64,000 bases of DNA. It comes from Malacoraja senta. Taxonomy: Eukaryota. The stretch covers positions 62,001-126,000 of the forward strand of contig JAXLNO010000326.1 of assembly GCA_038087875.1 (NCBI GenBank), written 5' to 3'. Positions 25,151-39,000 of this stretch are shown one piece after another. A program made the position numbers and the translations under genes. The notes beneath the pieces are model-generated. The model was not told where the DNA came from. It made no database searches and saw only the letters and a program-made list of their open reading frames with translations. The number at the start of each line of letters is the position of its first letter. Positions within the stretch are counted from its first letter, which is position 1.

Positions 25151-25340
25151 CGTCCGGGAAATGTTCGCCGTGCAGAGAACGGCGGCAGGCAACACGCGCG
25201 ACCCGGGGGAAGGGGTCAACCATCGGTGACCCGGGGGAGTGGAGACGACCACCGGCGACCCGGGGGAGGGAGGGTAAAATCGGATGGGTGCCCCCCCCCG
25301 TGCACAATGACGGCCGTCCCCATAGAAGGGGTGCTGGACG
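25151..25340. mobile_element. 190-bp GC-rich insertion with CGTCC..GGACG ends
   Basis: Short TIR, GA on both flanks, three internal GACCCGGGGGA repeats. It sits where the LRR exon acceptor should be. Confidence 0.4.
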
Positions 25341-25399
25341 GAATAACAAAATAGTGGAACAATTTTACAGTTCAGTGTCAGCGTCAAACGGACAGTTAC

Positions 25400-27118
25400 C
25401 TCAAGCACTGACACTTGTGCAGAGCCGGTCCCAGCCGCTGGAAACCTTCACACTGTATGCGGCAGTTCCGCAGATCGAGGTGTTCGATTGTATCATAGAG
25501 CATGATGACATGAGACAGGACCGCACAGTCAATCGGGGTCAGTCCCAGTCGACTGAATGAAAGTGTTTCCAAAGATCCCAGTGTCTGCTGAGCTAGTGCA
25601 AGATTCTGAGACTCAAACAGGAAGCACAGCGTGTTCAGGAGGCACCGTTTACCAGTTTCACTCCCTGTGTTTCCAGCCCGGCGTTTAACATCCTCCTTCA
25701 CCCAGTCAATCACTCGGCAGATTATTTGATGAGGGAATTTACCCAGAAACTCCTCCAGGATCGAAGCTGCCAGTGTGAAGGAGAGACCAGCGACAAAACA
25801 GAGAAATACTTCAAATCGCCCGTCTCTCATGCCATGGGCTTCAATGAGAAGTGTTTTGATATCCCCGCGACCTGGAGTCAGGAACTGTGCGAGTGCGGCT
25901 ACAAACTTTTGGATGGTGATGTGCGGGAAGGTGTACACCACGCTCCGGGCTGAATCCTCTCTCTCCAAAGGTTCCATCAGGAACCCGGACAGGAACGGGG
26001 AAGGCTGCAGATTGTATTTGATCAAATCTCCATCTGTGAACACAATGTTCTTCTCAGCTACTCCAGTAAAGGCCATCTGACCAACCCTCAGTAATACCTC
26101 ACGGGGGCTCTCAATCTCACGGCCGTGGTTTTTCAGGATGTTGTAAATAAAGTAGCAATATAGTTGTGTGATGGTCTTGGGAACTTGCTGCGGGTCCTGG
26201 TGTGTTTGTGTGAAGAAGGGGCCCAGTGTCAGGCCGAGGATCCAGCAGTAGGAGGGGTTGTAGCTCATGGTGTACATGATCTCGTTCTCCTTCACGTGTT
26301 TGAAAACAGCTGCTGCCACCGACTGATCTTCAAAATACCTGATGAAATATTTCTACCGTTCCTCACCAACAAATCCCAGGATTTCAGCCGAGACTCTGAT
26401 CTTTGCCTTTTCCAGTAAATGTAACGCAGTGGGGTGGGTGGTCACTAGCACTTGTGCTGGATTAAACTGTACACAATGTCAGACACTTCACACCACCACT
26501 CGGGATCTGGGCACTGGTGCTGAGGTTCCGTGTCTCTCCGACTGTCAGCAAAATCGATTCTCCCCTTGAATTCATCCAGACCATCGAATATAAACAGCAA
26601 TCCCTCTGGCTTCTTCCAAACCTCTCCCAGCATGTTCCCAAAGTAAGGATACTGATCCAGAATCAGTTCCTTCAGGGTTACTCTGCAGTTAATAGTGTTC
26701 AAATCCCGGAATTTGAAACTGAAGACAAACTGGAAATGTGGGTATATTTTCCCCGTGTCCCAGTCATGAACAGTTTTTTGCACCATTGTTGTTTTTCCGA
26801 TCCCTGGGACTTCAGCCACTGATGCTGAACTCCCAGATCCGGATTTACTCCGGGAAAAGCTGCTGTGGAACAATTGATCAGTCCTGATTTTTTCCAGTTT
26901 TTCCCGGAGATGTTTCTCTTGCCATTCCTCATGGTCCCGGCCTCTTGCCAGCAGCTCTTGTTCCAACAGTGTCCGATCTCGAACAGTGAACATGATCGTG
27001 AGCTCAACGTATCGATCAAGCAGCTGGAAAACCTTAACCTTCTCCTCCATCAGGATGGTGTTCACGCTCAGTTTTTCAGTCTGTGTTCACAGAGTCTCCT
27101 TGTGTTTCCGTTGAACAT
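25400..27118 (-). pseudogene. NACHT/winged-helix exon of the NLR pseudogene
   Basis: Walker A (AEVPGIGKTT) and Walker B (IFDGLDE). Stops at 27089-27087 and 26355-26353, and a frameshifting deletion near 26448. Confidence 0.92.
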
Positions 27119-28735
27119 CTTGCACGGGATCAGGCAGATAATGGACACATGTTAGGTGGCTCAACTCAAAACTCAACATTAAAAACTACAAGAATGAGTT
27201 CAATATCCTTCAATTAAATCAATTCACTGCCTTGGTTTATCTACCTCTTTGGTTACACTCGGACTATCCTTGATCGGACTTTCCTCGTTTTACATTGCAC
27301 TAAACGTTATTCCCTCATAGTTTATATATACTGTAAATGGCTCGATTATAATCACGTATTGTCTTGCTGCTGAGTGGATAACACGTAACAAAAGCTTTTC
27401 ACCGTACCTCAGTACACTAAACTAAGCTAAACCTGAATCTACAGACAAAGAAGCAATCCATAGTGAATCCCCGTGTCAGTCTAACAATTGCTTAGCCTTT
27501 GATTGTCTGATTTCCCATTCTGCAAAGCTCTGAACAGTTTCAGTATTACATGAATTCTAACAAGTCATTGGTGTGAACTATATTATTCAACACTCACCTT
27601 CCATATGAGAGGGTAATTCAGATAAACCTCTGGTGATGTTCATGTGCTCTTGTGGATCAGGACCTGTTCCAATCAACAAGCATTCATTAAACCAGACGAA
27701 TAACATTGTTCACTCCAGTGTTTCAATGTGATATTCAGTTCAGTGTGTTGATTTACCGTACCCAGCTCCTGGATTTCTTTCAGTATTTTGTCCAGCTTTG
27801 GTAATTCATTCTGCATTTTCACAAAGGATTCCCACATCACCCGCCGGGCACGGTTATCCTTCCCCATCACCAGACTGAGGAAGAGTGTGGAACTGTATCT
27901 GCGGTTTCCCTTTACCACGAGCTCAGCGATATTATGTGAACAACAATGAATATATTGAGAAGTGTCTGAGACAATGCTAATGGGGAATTAGCTGTTCAGT
28001 GATGAGATATTCTGGTAGTTTTGAGCATAGTGGCAGGTATTGGATTGCATCTTCATACACCCATGACACTGCGCTGACAAACTGAGTACTCCCAGAGTCC
28101 TGACAGCGTGAATCTCGCTTCACACCTGGCAGTGTCCTAGAACACAGCAGAGTACGGCACGGGAACAGGCCATTCAGTCCAATGATGGCTGTGTTGAAAT
28201 TGATGTGAAATTAATCCAATTCCTTTTGGCCTCACATGGACTGCATCCCACTAGGAATGGACGCGTCCAGTCCAACCTGCATTTCTTCCTGCTCTGCATT
28301 TTGAAGCTATTATGTTATTTCATCTATATTCTTACCCTCTGTGAGCCAGCATTCACTCATTGACCAGATAACTTCTTTATTTCTATACCTACCCCCAGTT
28401 TTAATCAAAGACATTCCTCTCTTGTACATTTCCTGCAGCTCAACCCCTCCTTTCACTACACATTATCTCATCTCATCTTCCCACTGATGCATAAATAACT
28501 GACCTGCTGAATATTTTGTTTATATTGTAGACTAGACTAACTGGGACCCATTGGGTCCCATGTTCACACGGGAGGGCTGGTCCCCCAATGCAATATTCCA
28601 ACTCTCCACCAATTCCAATATTGGTGGCCAATGGGGGGGGGGGGGAGGGGGGTTTTCTGGGGCGCTAGTATGGGTGTTGTGGGCCAAAGGGACAGGTTTC
28701 CAGAAGGCTAGTATGGACTGTGGGCCAAATGGATA

Positions 28736-29800
28736 CGGGCTGGCAGCTGAGCCACTCAGACCTGGTGGGCTGGCAGCTCAGTCACTCAGGCCTGGTGGGC
28801 TGGCAGCTCAGTCACTCCGGCCTGGTGGGCTGGGCTGGCAGCTCAGTCACTAAGGCCTGGTGGGCTGGGCTGGCAGCTCAGTCACTAAGGCCTGGTGGGC
28901 TGGGCTGGCAGCTCAGTCACTCAGGCCTGGTGGGCTGGCAGCTCAGTCACTCAGGCCTGGTGGGCTGGCAGCTCAGTCACTCAGGCCTTGTGGGCTGGCA
29001 GCTCAGTCACTCAGGCCTGGTGGGCTGGCAGCTCAGTCACTCAGGCCTGGTGGGCTGGCAGCTCAGTCACTCAGGCCTGGTGGGCTGGCAGCTCAGCCAC
29101 TCAGGCCTGGTGGGCTGGCAGCTCAGTCACTCAGGCCTGGTGCGCTGGCAGCTCAGTCACTCCGGCCTGGTGGGCTGGGCTGGCAGCTCAGTCACTAAGG
29201 CCTGGTGGGCTGGGCTAGCAGCTCAGTCACTAAGGCCTGGTGGGCTGGGCTGGCAGCTCAGTCACTCAGGCCTGGTGGGCTGGCAGCTCAGTCACTCAGG
29301 CCTGGTGGGCTGGCAGCTCAGTCACTCAGGCCTGGTGGGCTGGCAGCTCAGTCACTCAGGCCCGGTGGGCTGGCAGCTCAGTCACTCAGGCCTGGTGGGC
29401 TGGCAGCTCAGTCACTCAGGCCTGGTGGGCTGGCAGCTAAGCCACTCAGGCCTGGTGGGCTGGCAGCTCAGTCACTCAGGCCTGGTGGGCTGGCAGCTCA
29501 GTCACTCAGGCCTGGTGGGCTGGCAGCTCAGTCACTCAGGCCTGGTGGGCTGGCAGCTCAGTCACTCAGGCCTGGTGGCCTGGCAGCTAAGCCACTCAAG
29601 CCTGGTGGGCTGGCAGCTCAGTCACTCAGGCCTGGTGGGCTGGCAGCTCAGTCACTCAGGCCTGGTGGCCTGGCAGCTCAGTCACTCAGGCCTGGTGGGC
29701 TGCCAGCTCAGTCACTCAGGCCTGGTGGGCTGGCAGCTCAGTCACTCAGGCCTGGTGGGCTGGCAGCTCAGTCACTCAGGCCTGGCGGGCTGGCAGCTCA
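28736..29800. repeat. 30-bp minisatellite GGCCTGGTGGGCTGGCAGCTCAGTCACTCA (~35 copies)
   Basis: Direct tandem array, with some 35-bp variant units. Confidence 0.97.
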
Positions 29801-30244
29801 GAAACTGCCAGAAATTCTGCCCAAAACAGGTGAGAGACTCTGTGAGAGAGAAGGGGAGTGGGTGGAGTATCAATTTTAGACATTTTTTCATCTTTTTCTG
29901 CAGATCACAGCAATGGAGGAAAGCCTACCCTGGCCTGGATCTCACAGGGAGCCAATAAAGTGAGGGACAAAAATACTGCGGTGAGGGTTAATACTTGCAG
30001 GGGGAATACTTACTCATGGGCTGAAGGGACTGCTCCTGGGCTAGTATAGGCTTGATAGGCCGAAGGGGCTCTTTATAATAATTTAAAAAGAGTGAAATCT
30101 CAGTGAAAGACACTTTTTCTGGACTTTACCTGGCCTGGCACCGGCCTTTTGGGCCAAAATGCTCCTCCTGGGCTAATGTTGGCATTTTGGGCAAAAGTGA
30201 CTGGTTTCTCAGCTAATAGGGGCATTGTGTGCCGAAATGAGTGG

Positions 30245-30780
30245 TTTCAGGCAGGCCAAACAACTCATTTCATTTCCATTTCCACTGCAGTTTCAAACAC
30301 AGGGCAAGCTAAACAACTAATTGCATTTTAATTTCATTTCATTTCCAGTTCTATTGCAGTATCAAGCACAGGGCAGGCCAAACAACTCATTGCATTTTCA
30401 TTTTATTTCATTTCCATTTACATTGCAGTTTCAAGCACAGGGAAGGCCATTTTCATTTCATTTAATTTAATTTCCATTGCAGTTTCAAGCACAGGGCAGG
30501 CTAAATTCATTGCATTATCATTTCATTTCATATTCCATCACAGTTTCAAGCACAGGACAGGCCAAGCAACATTGCATTTTCATTCCATTTCCATTGCAGT
30601 TTCAAGCAGAGGGCAGGCCAATCAACTCATTGCATTTTCATTCCATTTCATTTCCATTTTCATTGCAGTTTCAAGCAAGGGCTGGCCAAACAACTCATTG
30701 CATTTTCATTTCATTTCATTTCCATTTCCAATGCAGTTTCAAGCACAGGGCAGGCCAAACAACTCATTGCATTTTCATTA
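30245..30780. repeat. ~60-70-bp tandem repeat (GCAGTTTCAAGCACAGGGCAGGCCAAACAACTCATTGCATTTTCATTTC...)
   Basis: About 8 degenerate units visible. Confidence 0.9.
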
Positions 30781-31612
30781 AGGGCTAACAAATCATTTAT
30801 TGCAAGTACATTGCAGACTCACGGTTCAGTTGACTCACAGCTTAGAATTACAGTTGTGGACTCTCCATCACGATCTTCCAGAGTGACTGATTGACATCCG
30901 GAATCCGGGGCTATATACTCCTGCCCCCACCCCCCCGGAAGGGGCGTTACCTTCATCATGGTGATTGACAGGCGAGAGGTCCAATCAGCTGATCTCACGA
31001 TTTTCTCAACATTCTTAATTTTTTTACTATTTCACCCATCAGAAGAATACTTGGGGCTGCTGCAGCGGAGGAGGACTGCGAGTAAAATGGTCAAAAATCA
31101 CAGCGATATAGGATAGCGTTTTTTCTAAAATCAATTAACAACGTGGACAGGAAGTGGTCAAGATGAGACTTTTACTAATGTAGATTTTAGCATATGTACT
31201 TTTGTTTATTTTATTTGTCAATTGAATGATAAGCGAACAGTCTTAGAGTAATCCAGCAGGTCAGACAGCATCTCTAAATACTAGTGTAGCACATTGTGTG
31301 TTGTTTTGTAAACCAGGATCTGAAGTTCCTTGTGCTTATGCCTAATATCCTCTGTGGTTTAATGAATTGAACTCAATGTGACCAATGAAACTGATGACAC
31401 AACGTATTATCGTTTTCTGATTCTGGTTTACAAGTTTACTGCTCCCTGACTGTTGTGCTAAGATGCATGTGTAGGAAGAACAGCTGGATCAGAAAGGACA
31501 ATTCTCAGAAATCACTAAGTCACAGGTTTTATTCCTGATACCAGATCCACAGGACGCAAACTGATCTGAGATCAGTGCCTCCATTGCACTACTCAGTGTG
31601 AGGTGAGCGGAC

Positions 31613-32155
31613 TGTTTCAAAATTTGTTTCTACAAAAGCAGATAGCAACAAAAATTGTTAAAGGTAAACCATTGCAATCTTTAATTGATTCGTCAGACGG
31701 GAGTGGCAAAGATCTACAATGAGCACAAAAGTTGCTTCTCGGGCTCCACTCACAGAACAAAGGAAAGTTAGCACAATTATACATTTTTCTTATCAGTAAA
31801 ACACTCCTACCAAGTCTGAATATGGCATGACTGAAACATTCTGCAGCCTTTCAGAATATAGGAAAAGTTGTGTCCAAATCAAGCTCATCCAATAACAAGT
31901 TATTACTTATCTATGGAGCTTCAGCTATTTTTTTCAATCTTGGCTTCTTTATGGCCTTGAAAGAAGCACATGTTATTACTGCCGGATTCCATATTTAATT
32001 TATTTATTGAAAAGACAACCTGTCCTCCATATTGTGTTCCATATAATTTACAAAGTCATTCAGACTTCGCACTGAGCCCTTCTTTTGTTCTACTAGACGA
32101 TGCTTTTGTAGAAGAACGACTCCATTTTGGAATTGACTATTAGCTCTTCCCCCTA
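31613..32155 (-). mobile_element. Possible solo LTR related to 33135-33762
   Basis: Shares TTCGTCAG(A/G)CGGGAGTGG and TCCATTTTG motifs at equivalent positions. Ends and TSD are unclear. Confidence 0.35.
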
Positions 32156-32834
32156 ATGCCGTCAGTTCTGTGACAGGAAACAGACGTCTCCATGTTCCTT
32201 CCACTTACCTCGTGTTCTTGTCCAGTGAAACATCCCTGCCGTCTCATCATGAAGATGAGACTTTCAACCCCTTCTTCAATCGCCTGTTTCAGTCTCTCCC
32301 GATAGAATTTTGTCAGCTGCAACAATTGGTCGTCGCTCAACTGTGTCAGGAGCTCAGAGAATGTAGGCGTTACATCTGTGTATTCAAAGAGAGAAACTTA
32401 ACACCATCTGAATCAGTCCCGTTGGCTCCAGCTACAACAGCAACCCTCATCCTGACTGTTCCTGCCCCCTAATTAGAATGATCAAAACAGAATATCGGAA
32501 TAAGACAATGTGCTGGAGGAACTCAGTGGGTCAACTATCATCTCTGGAGAATATGGATAGGTGACGATTCAAGTCTGGACCTTTCTTCAGGCTGATTGTG
32601 GTGGCGGTGAGTGGGGAGAAATGTGGACAAGAGGAGGGACAGGTCAAAGCCTGGTAAGTAAGGTGGATACAGGTGAGGGGAGTTTTTGATAGGCTGATAA
32701 TTGGACAAAGGCCAGAGATGAAAAGACAGGTGTGAAATAAAAGGAGTGAAGAGTTGCAAATTGTGAAGCGAGATTAATTAATATATGTGGAAAGAGAGGG
32801 GAGAAGGGAGAAATCTGCACGAGGAGTAAAAATG

Positions 32835-33970
32835 GTTAGCAACCGGAAAAAGTGTAAGTGTTCGGCAAAACAGTCGCCGAGTCCATGCTTTGTCTCGCCA
32901 ATGGCCAACCATTGTAACTCTCTTCCCATTCCCACAGCAACCTCTCTGTCCTTGGACACATTCTCACTGGAGGAACAGCACCTCAAATTCCGCTTGGCTA
33001 GCCTACAATCCAATGGGATGAACAGTGAATTCTCCAATTTATGTAACAATCCAAACCACACATCCGCATTATTTCCCCCCCCCCCCCACTCTCTCCGTTG
33101 TTTCGCACCGATTTCTCCCCTCACCATTTCCTGCTGTTATGGTTCAATGTTCTTAAACAAACAAAAATGCAAATAAAATCAGTGATCATGCAGTGATCTT
33201 TATTTCGTCAGGCGGGAGTGGTAAAACACTTTACAGTATGCAGATTACAGACTATACAGAGTTCTCATCCCCACACAAAGGGGCAATGATCTAATTACAT
33301 ATATATACTACAATAACCAACGATTCAGGAATACCTTATTTACAGATCATAGTACAGCCTCTTGCTTCTTAAGATTGACAGCTTCATAAGATTGACAACT
33401 TCATAAGATTGACAGGTTCTTCTGACAGAGGAAGGTAGCCATATATGGTTATATGAGAAGGCTCTATTTCTGCAGAACAAGCATTTTTTTGTCTACTTAT
33501 GACACACATTTTAATCTTATAGAACAAAGGTTAGTGCCAAGAGTCTGAATCTGTCTAATGTTTATATGATAATGGAGACATTCATGAAGCTGTGCTTGTT
33601 ATCTCGCTTATTTTATTGGAAAGGGAACATCAACAGTTTGTTAGCTTTGTTAAGGTTAGTGCGTTACACTGGCTTTGCAATTTAATAGAAGGTTAAAGCT
33701 GGTCTTAGTTTCAGCTGAATCCATTTTGTAAGTCTAAATCTTTTTTTTTTTAAACTTCCACACTGCCTCCTATATTCCTTTCTTTATTTTCACAATCTCC
33801 AACACTCAATCCTTCTGCCGAACACCTGTATTTTTCATCTCTAGCCTTTGTTCAACCACCTACCTATCAAAAAAAACCTCCTCAATAATATCCATCTCAC
33901 TTGCCAGGCTTTGTGATGCCACTCCTCTCTGCCAGCTTACAGCTGCACTCTACAATCAGTCTGAAGGATC
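32835..33970 (+). mobile_element. Degraded Penelope-like GIY-YIG fragment interrupted by a solo LTR
   Basis: LEEQHLKFRLASLQSNGMNSEF motif; the tail resumes after 33766. Confidence 0.6.
33135..33762 (-). mobile_element. Solo LTR (628 bp)
   Basis: TG...CA termini, CTGC 4-bp TSD (33131-33134 and 33763-33766), and minus-strand AATAAA near 33200. Confidence 0.7.
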
Positions 33971-35232
33971 ATGGAGGCTGAGGCAGCGTGTGAGCAGAGG
34001 AGGGTTGGGCAGCATCTGACACGGGGAGGATGTGACGGTGTGACCCAGGGAGTATGGGCCCCAGGGGCATGGGACAGCGTGTGACCCGGGAAGCAAAAAC
34101 GCGTGTGACCCGGGAAGCAAAAACGCAAGACAAATGCACTGATGAAGAGGTGCAGATGCACTTATCACTTGAGGCAACATGGCAGTTGATGCCTGCTAAT
34201 CTTCCTGGGATTATCTTCCAGATGCATGAACCACCCAGCTTACTCATGGATAGTGGAAACGCCTTGCAATTGCTCTCCTTCAACCAAGTCTGTCCCACCC
34301 ATGACCATCGCTCCACTCTCTGTGGCCTCATGCTCCCTGGCTTCAATGATACTTTGTCATGTGTACCCAAGTACAGTGATCATCCTCCTATACACAAGGA
34401 TCAGGAGAGGAATAGATACACTATTTATTATATATAATAGACCAATGCAGTCTTTTACCCAGAGGAGGAGAATCAAGAAACAATGATATAGGTTTCAGGT
34501 GGGGTCGGGGATTTTATGGTGAAATCGGTACATGGATAGGATAGGTTTAGAGGGACATGGGCCTTACGCAGACTTGTGGGACTATAGTAGATCGGCCATG
34601 TTGATTGACATGTCCAAGGTGGGCCAAAGCGCCTTGTTCCATGCCATATGCCTCTATGACTCTGAGGCACTTGGACCATAATAACTCCAACATTGCAGGC
34701 TACACAGAGACCAAACACAAGAGTCGCCACGTTTTATGCGCCATCTTATACTCTTCACTTTCTCAGAAAGCCTCTCCCCAATCACTGCATTATTGCACAT
34801 CTGAATCTTCAATGAGGATGATTCATCGCCTCTACGATCACTCCCTCTGTCCTTTCAACTACTGCCTGCAGGTTCACAGATCAGGAAGGTTTAGAAGGAT
34901 ATGGACCAAATGCAGGCAGGTGGGACCAGTGCAGATGGGGCATCTTGTGCCGAGGAACCTGTTTCTTTGCTGTACGAGTCTATGACTTTATGATTTGGAT
35001 TAATGAAGCCAAACCTGGAGATGATGCATAGAACATAGAATAATGCAGCACGGGAACTGGCCCTTGAGATGCCCCATATCTGCACCAACAATATGATACC
35101 AATTTGATCTAATCCCATCTACCTGCTCATGGACTGGATCCTCTGTTCCCTGACTGTGTCAGTCATGTGTCAGTCTAAACAGCGTTTCCACCACCTCCTC
35201 AGGTAGGACCTTCCAGGAACCGAACAAAGTCT

Positions 35233-38200
35233 TTATTTATTTATTTATTTATGTATTTAAATTATTTTTATTAGAAGTACGGTAAATTACAGTAATACAC
35301 AACACATATAACTTAATACATTTTTTGTACCGCTTCATTTTTTTGAGCTTTAAGAGAAAGATAGAAGTAAGAAAAGTAAAGAAAGTGCGCAAGAGTCGTG
35401 AAGTGCAAGAGAGTGTTGGGAAAAGAAAGCCCCTTAGAAAAGAAGTTAGAGAAGGAAGTAAAGTAAGAAAGTAGACCCTAGAAAAGAAAGAAAAAGAAAG
35501 TAGGAACAATCGCAGAAAGGGGACTACCAACCAAGTCTGTTTTTGTTGTTTTACCTCCCATTACGAGGTCCTGATACTATTTATTTATTTATTTATTTTT
35601 AAAATTACTATTGCACCTCATGCTTGTAATAGGTCCAGAAACGTAGACCACGTCTTTTGGAATTGGTCTGCTTTACCTGCTAAGAGGAATCTCATCTCTT
35701 CCAGATGTAATGTTTCAAACATATTTGATGTCCACATTTTTATTGTTGGTGTGGGCGCATTTTTCCAGAATTTAAGTATGAGCTTTTTTCCCCATTATTA
35801 GCCCGTAATTGAATAAATTCTTCTGATACACGTTTAATTCAGGGATACCTTCCGATATTCCAAAAATGATCCATTCTGGTTTTGGTACCAGTTTTATTTT
35901 AATTAATTTTGAAAAAATATCAAATATTTCATACCATAATTTTTGGATTTTTGTACAAAAAACAAAAGAATGCGCTATGGTAGCTTCTTGACATAGACAT
36001 TTATCACAGATTGGTGAAACATTAGGAAAGATTTTATTTAATTTAGTTTTTGAATAATATAATCTATGTAATGTTTTGAATTGGATGAGTGTATGTCGTA
36101 CGTTGATCGAACATTTATGCACCTGTAGTAAATGATTATCCCAGCTCTCTTTTGAAATTTTTATAGCTAATTCTTGTTCCCAGTCTCTTCTAATTCCATC
36201 TGTTGTGGGTATTTCTATGTTTTAAATGATATTATATAAGTACGATATTAGATTAGCTGATTCCGCCTTTGTCTTCATTGCTTCATCTAGTAAGTCGGAA
36301 GGCATATTATGATAGTCTTTTGTGTATTTTTTCAGATAATCACGAATTTGTAGATATTTAAAATATTGGTTATTTTTCAAATTATATTTCAGTTGTAGTT
36401 GTTGAAATGATAGTAATTTTCCCAATTCATACAGAGCTTCGAGCGTTTTGATTCCCATTCTTTCCCATTGTATAAATGATTTGTCTATGATTGAAGGTTT
36501 AAACGATGGGTTATTGACTATTGGTATTGAGAGAGATAGGTTTCTTAATTTTAGATTCTGTTTTATTTGTTTCCATGTTCTAATTGTGCTATATATAATT
36601 GGATTTTATTATAATTTTTATTATTCAAATTTATTGGAGAGAGAATAATCGCTCCTATATTACTCGGGGAGCAGTCCCCTTTTTCCATCACAATCCAGTC
36701 CGCCTGCTGGGCAGAATTGTCCAGCAGGTGAATCATATATTTAATATTTACTGCCCAATTATAATACATAAAGTTAGGGAGCGCTAGACCCCCAACTCTT
36801 TTTGTTTATTAAGGTGTGCTCTTTGTATTCTATGGGATTTATAATCCCATATAAAATTTGTAATGTCTGAGTCCAATTTTTTGAAAAACTTTTTTGGGAG
36901 ATATATAGGTATTGATTGAAATAGGTATAGGATTTGTGGTAAGAAAATCATTTTTATAGCATTTATTCTGCCTATTAAGGACATCGGAAGTGTTTTCCAG
37001 AATTTAATCAAATTATTTAATTTCTTAAGTAAGGGACTATAATTGGCTTTAAACATATCCTGGTAATTTCTAGTAATTTCAATTCCCAAATATTTGAATT
37101 TTTCTGTAGCTATTTTAAAGGGGAATTTCCTGAGGTGTGGTGAGTCTTTTGGTTTTATCGACATAATTTCACTTTTGTTCCAATTTATTCTATATCCTGA
37201 GAAGGATCCAAAGTCCTCAATTAAATTTAATATATTTGGTATACTAATTTGTGGATTTGTGATGTACAGTAGTACATCATCGGCATATAGGGATATTTTG
37301 CTATTTGAATATTTTGTATTATAACCGTAAATATCCAGGTGTTCTTATTTTTTCAGCAAGGGGTTCAATTACCAAAGCAAATAACAGCGGTGATAATGAA
37401 CATCCTTGTCTATTGCCCCTTGATAGTTCAAATTTCGAGGATAATACATTATTAGTTAGTATTCTAGCCGTAGGTTTGTTATATAATAGTTTTATCCATG
37501 CAATGAAGTTCTCTCCCAATTGGAATTTTTGCAATACTTTAATCATATAGTCCCATTCTACTTGATCAAACGCTTTTTCTGCGTCCAGTGAGATGATAGA
37601 TAACTCTTGGTCATGAGATTTATGTGAGTGCATTATGTTAAGCAAACGTCTCAAATTATTGAATGAATGTCTCTTAGGTATAAATCCTGTTTGATCCTCA
37701 TTTATTAGTCTACTAACATACCTGCTTAATCTACTGGCTAGTGTTTTCGCTATTATTTTTTGATCCGTATTTAACAAAGCAATAGCTCTATATGATCCTG
37801 GTTCTTCTATATTTTTTATCTTTTTTAAGTATGTCAACAAAACGAAAGAAATAACTGTGGACTTCAGGAAGAAACAGGCAGCACACACCCCACTCATCAT
37901 AAATGGCAGTGCAGTGGAGTCTGTGAAAAGCACCAAGTTCCTGGGAGTACACATCACTGATGATCAGACATGGTCCACCAACACCATCTCCCTAGTCAAG
38001 AAAGCACAGCAACGCCTCCACTTCCTTCGACGGATGAGGAGAGCCGACCTCCCCCCTTCTGCCCTCACAACTTTTTACAGGGGTGCCATTGAGAGCATTC
38101 TTACCAGCAGTCTCTCAGTCTGGTATGGCAGTTGCTCTGCTGCTGACCAGAAGGCCCTACAGAGAGTGGTGAGGACAGCGGAGAAGATCACTAGATCACC

Positions 38201-39000
38201 TCAACCAGCAATTCAAAACTTATACCCATCTCGCTGTCGCAAGAGAGCAACCAATATCATCAAAGACACCACCCACCCAGCACACAAACTGTTCACCCTC
38301 CTACCATCCGGCAAGCGCTACCGCAGCATGCGGAGCAAAACCACAAGATTCAAAAACAGCTTTTTCCCTCAGGCCATCAGACTACTCAACACACTCAAGA
38401 AAATTCCATGAACATTACACAAACACCAACTGACTGTCAAATTAACTTTAACCCAATGTCTGCAGTATGCTACTTGCACTTTTCTATATTGCACCTTTTA
38501 TTAATGAATATTTTATATAATGTATATGTCCATTGTCTATTTTTATTGGTACACTGTCTGTCTGTGTTATAAATATTACTTGCACATTGGAGTATGGAGA
38601 AACGCAATTTCAATCCTCTGTGTAACTACTTGTTACATTATTTGAATTGACAATAAAATTACTATTACTATTAATATGATCGTTGATTCTGCTAGTGTTT
38701 CAGGTAAGTTTTGCTCTTTAAAAGCATATGTATACATTTTCTGTAATCGTGGAGTAACTATGTCATAAAAAGATTTATAAAATTCATTACTGAATCCGTC
38801 TGGTCCTGGTGTTTTTCCATTCTTTAGTGTTTTTATTGTGTCTTCTATCTCCTTAGAAGTAATTTGTGCTCCCAGTTCCTCTTGTTCCCTCAGTTCTAAT
38901 TGTGGTAGGTTACAGTTATCTAAAAATTCTGAAATTTTATTATTGTCTATTAACGTTTTAGATGTGTATAGATTCTGGTAAAATTGAGCAAATCTTTTAT
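35233..39000 (-). mobile_element. L1-clade LINE, 5'-truncated, with a nested Rex-like LINE
   Basis: RT motifs (SLDAEKAFD, RQGCSLSP, YADD), CCHC zinc knuckle, poly(A)-like tail; possible AAGTCT TSD at 35227 and 39001. Confidence 0.9.
37830..38673 (+). mobile_element. Rex1/Babar-like LINE 3' fragment inserted in L1
   Basis: ORF 37857-38411 (KFLGVHIT..KKAQQRLHFLRR..FYRGAIESILT..RFKNSFFPQAIRLLN); TGACAATAAA(TTACTA)n tail. Confidence 0.88.

Larger units (their letters stand above)
28532..31184 (-). mobile_element. Non-autonomous Helitron (2.65 kb) related to the 4137-15149 element
   Basis: 5' TCTACATTAGTAAAAG at 31184; 3' perfect hairpin TGGGACCCA-N-TGGGTCCCA (28542-28560) plus CTAG; A|T target; homologous subterminal region. 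Confidence 0.9.

Noticed and set aside
28720..29958. 412-aa ORF and CRISPR-like regular 30-bp repeats
   Set aside because: It is a pure tandem array without unique spacers, in a eukaryotic context with no cas genes. The ORF is open only because the 30-bp unit lacks stops.
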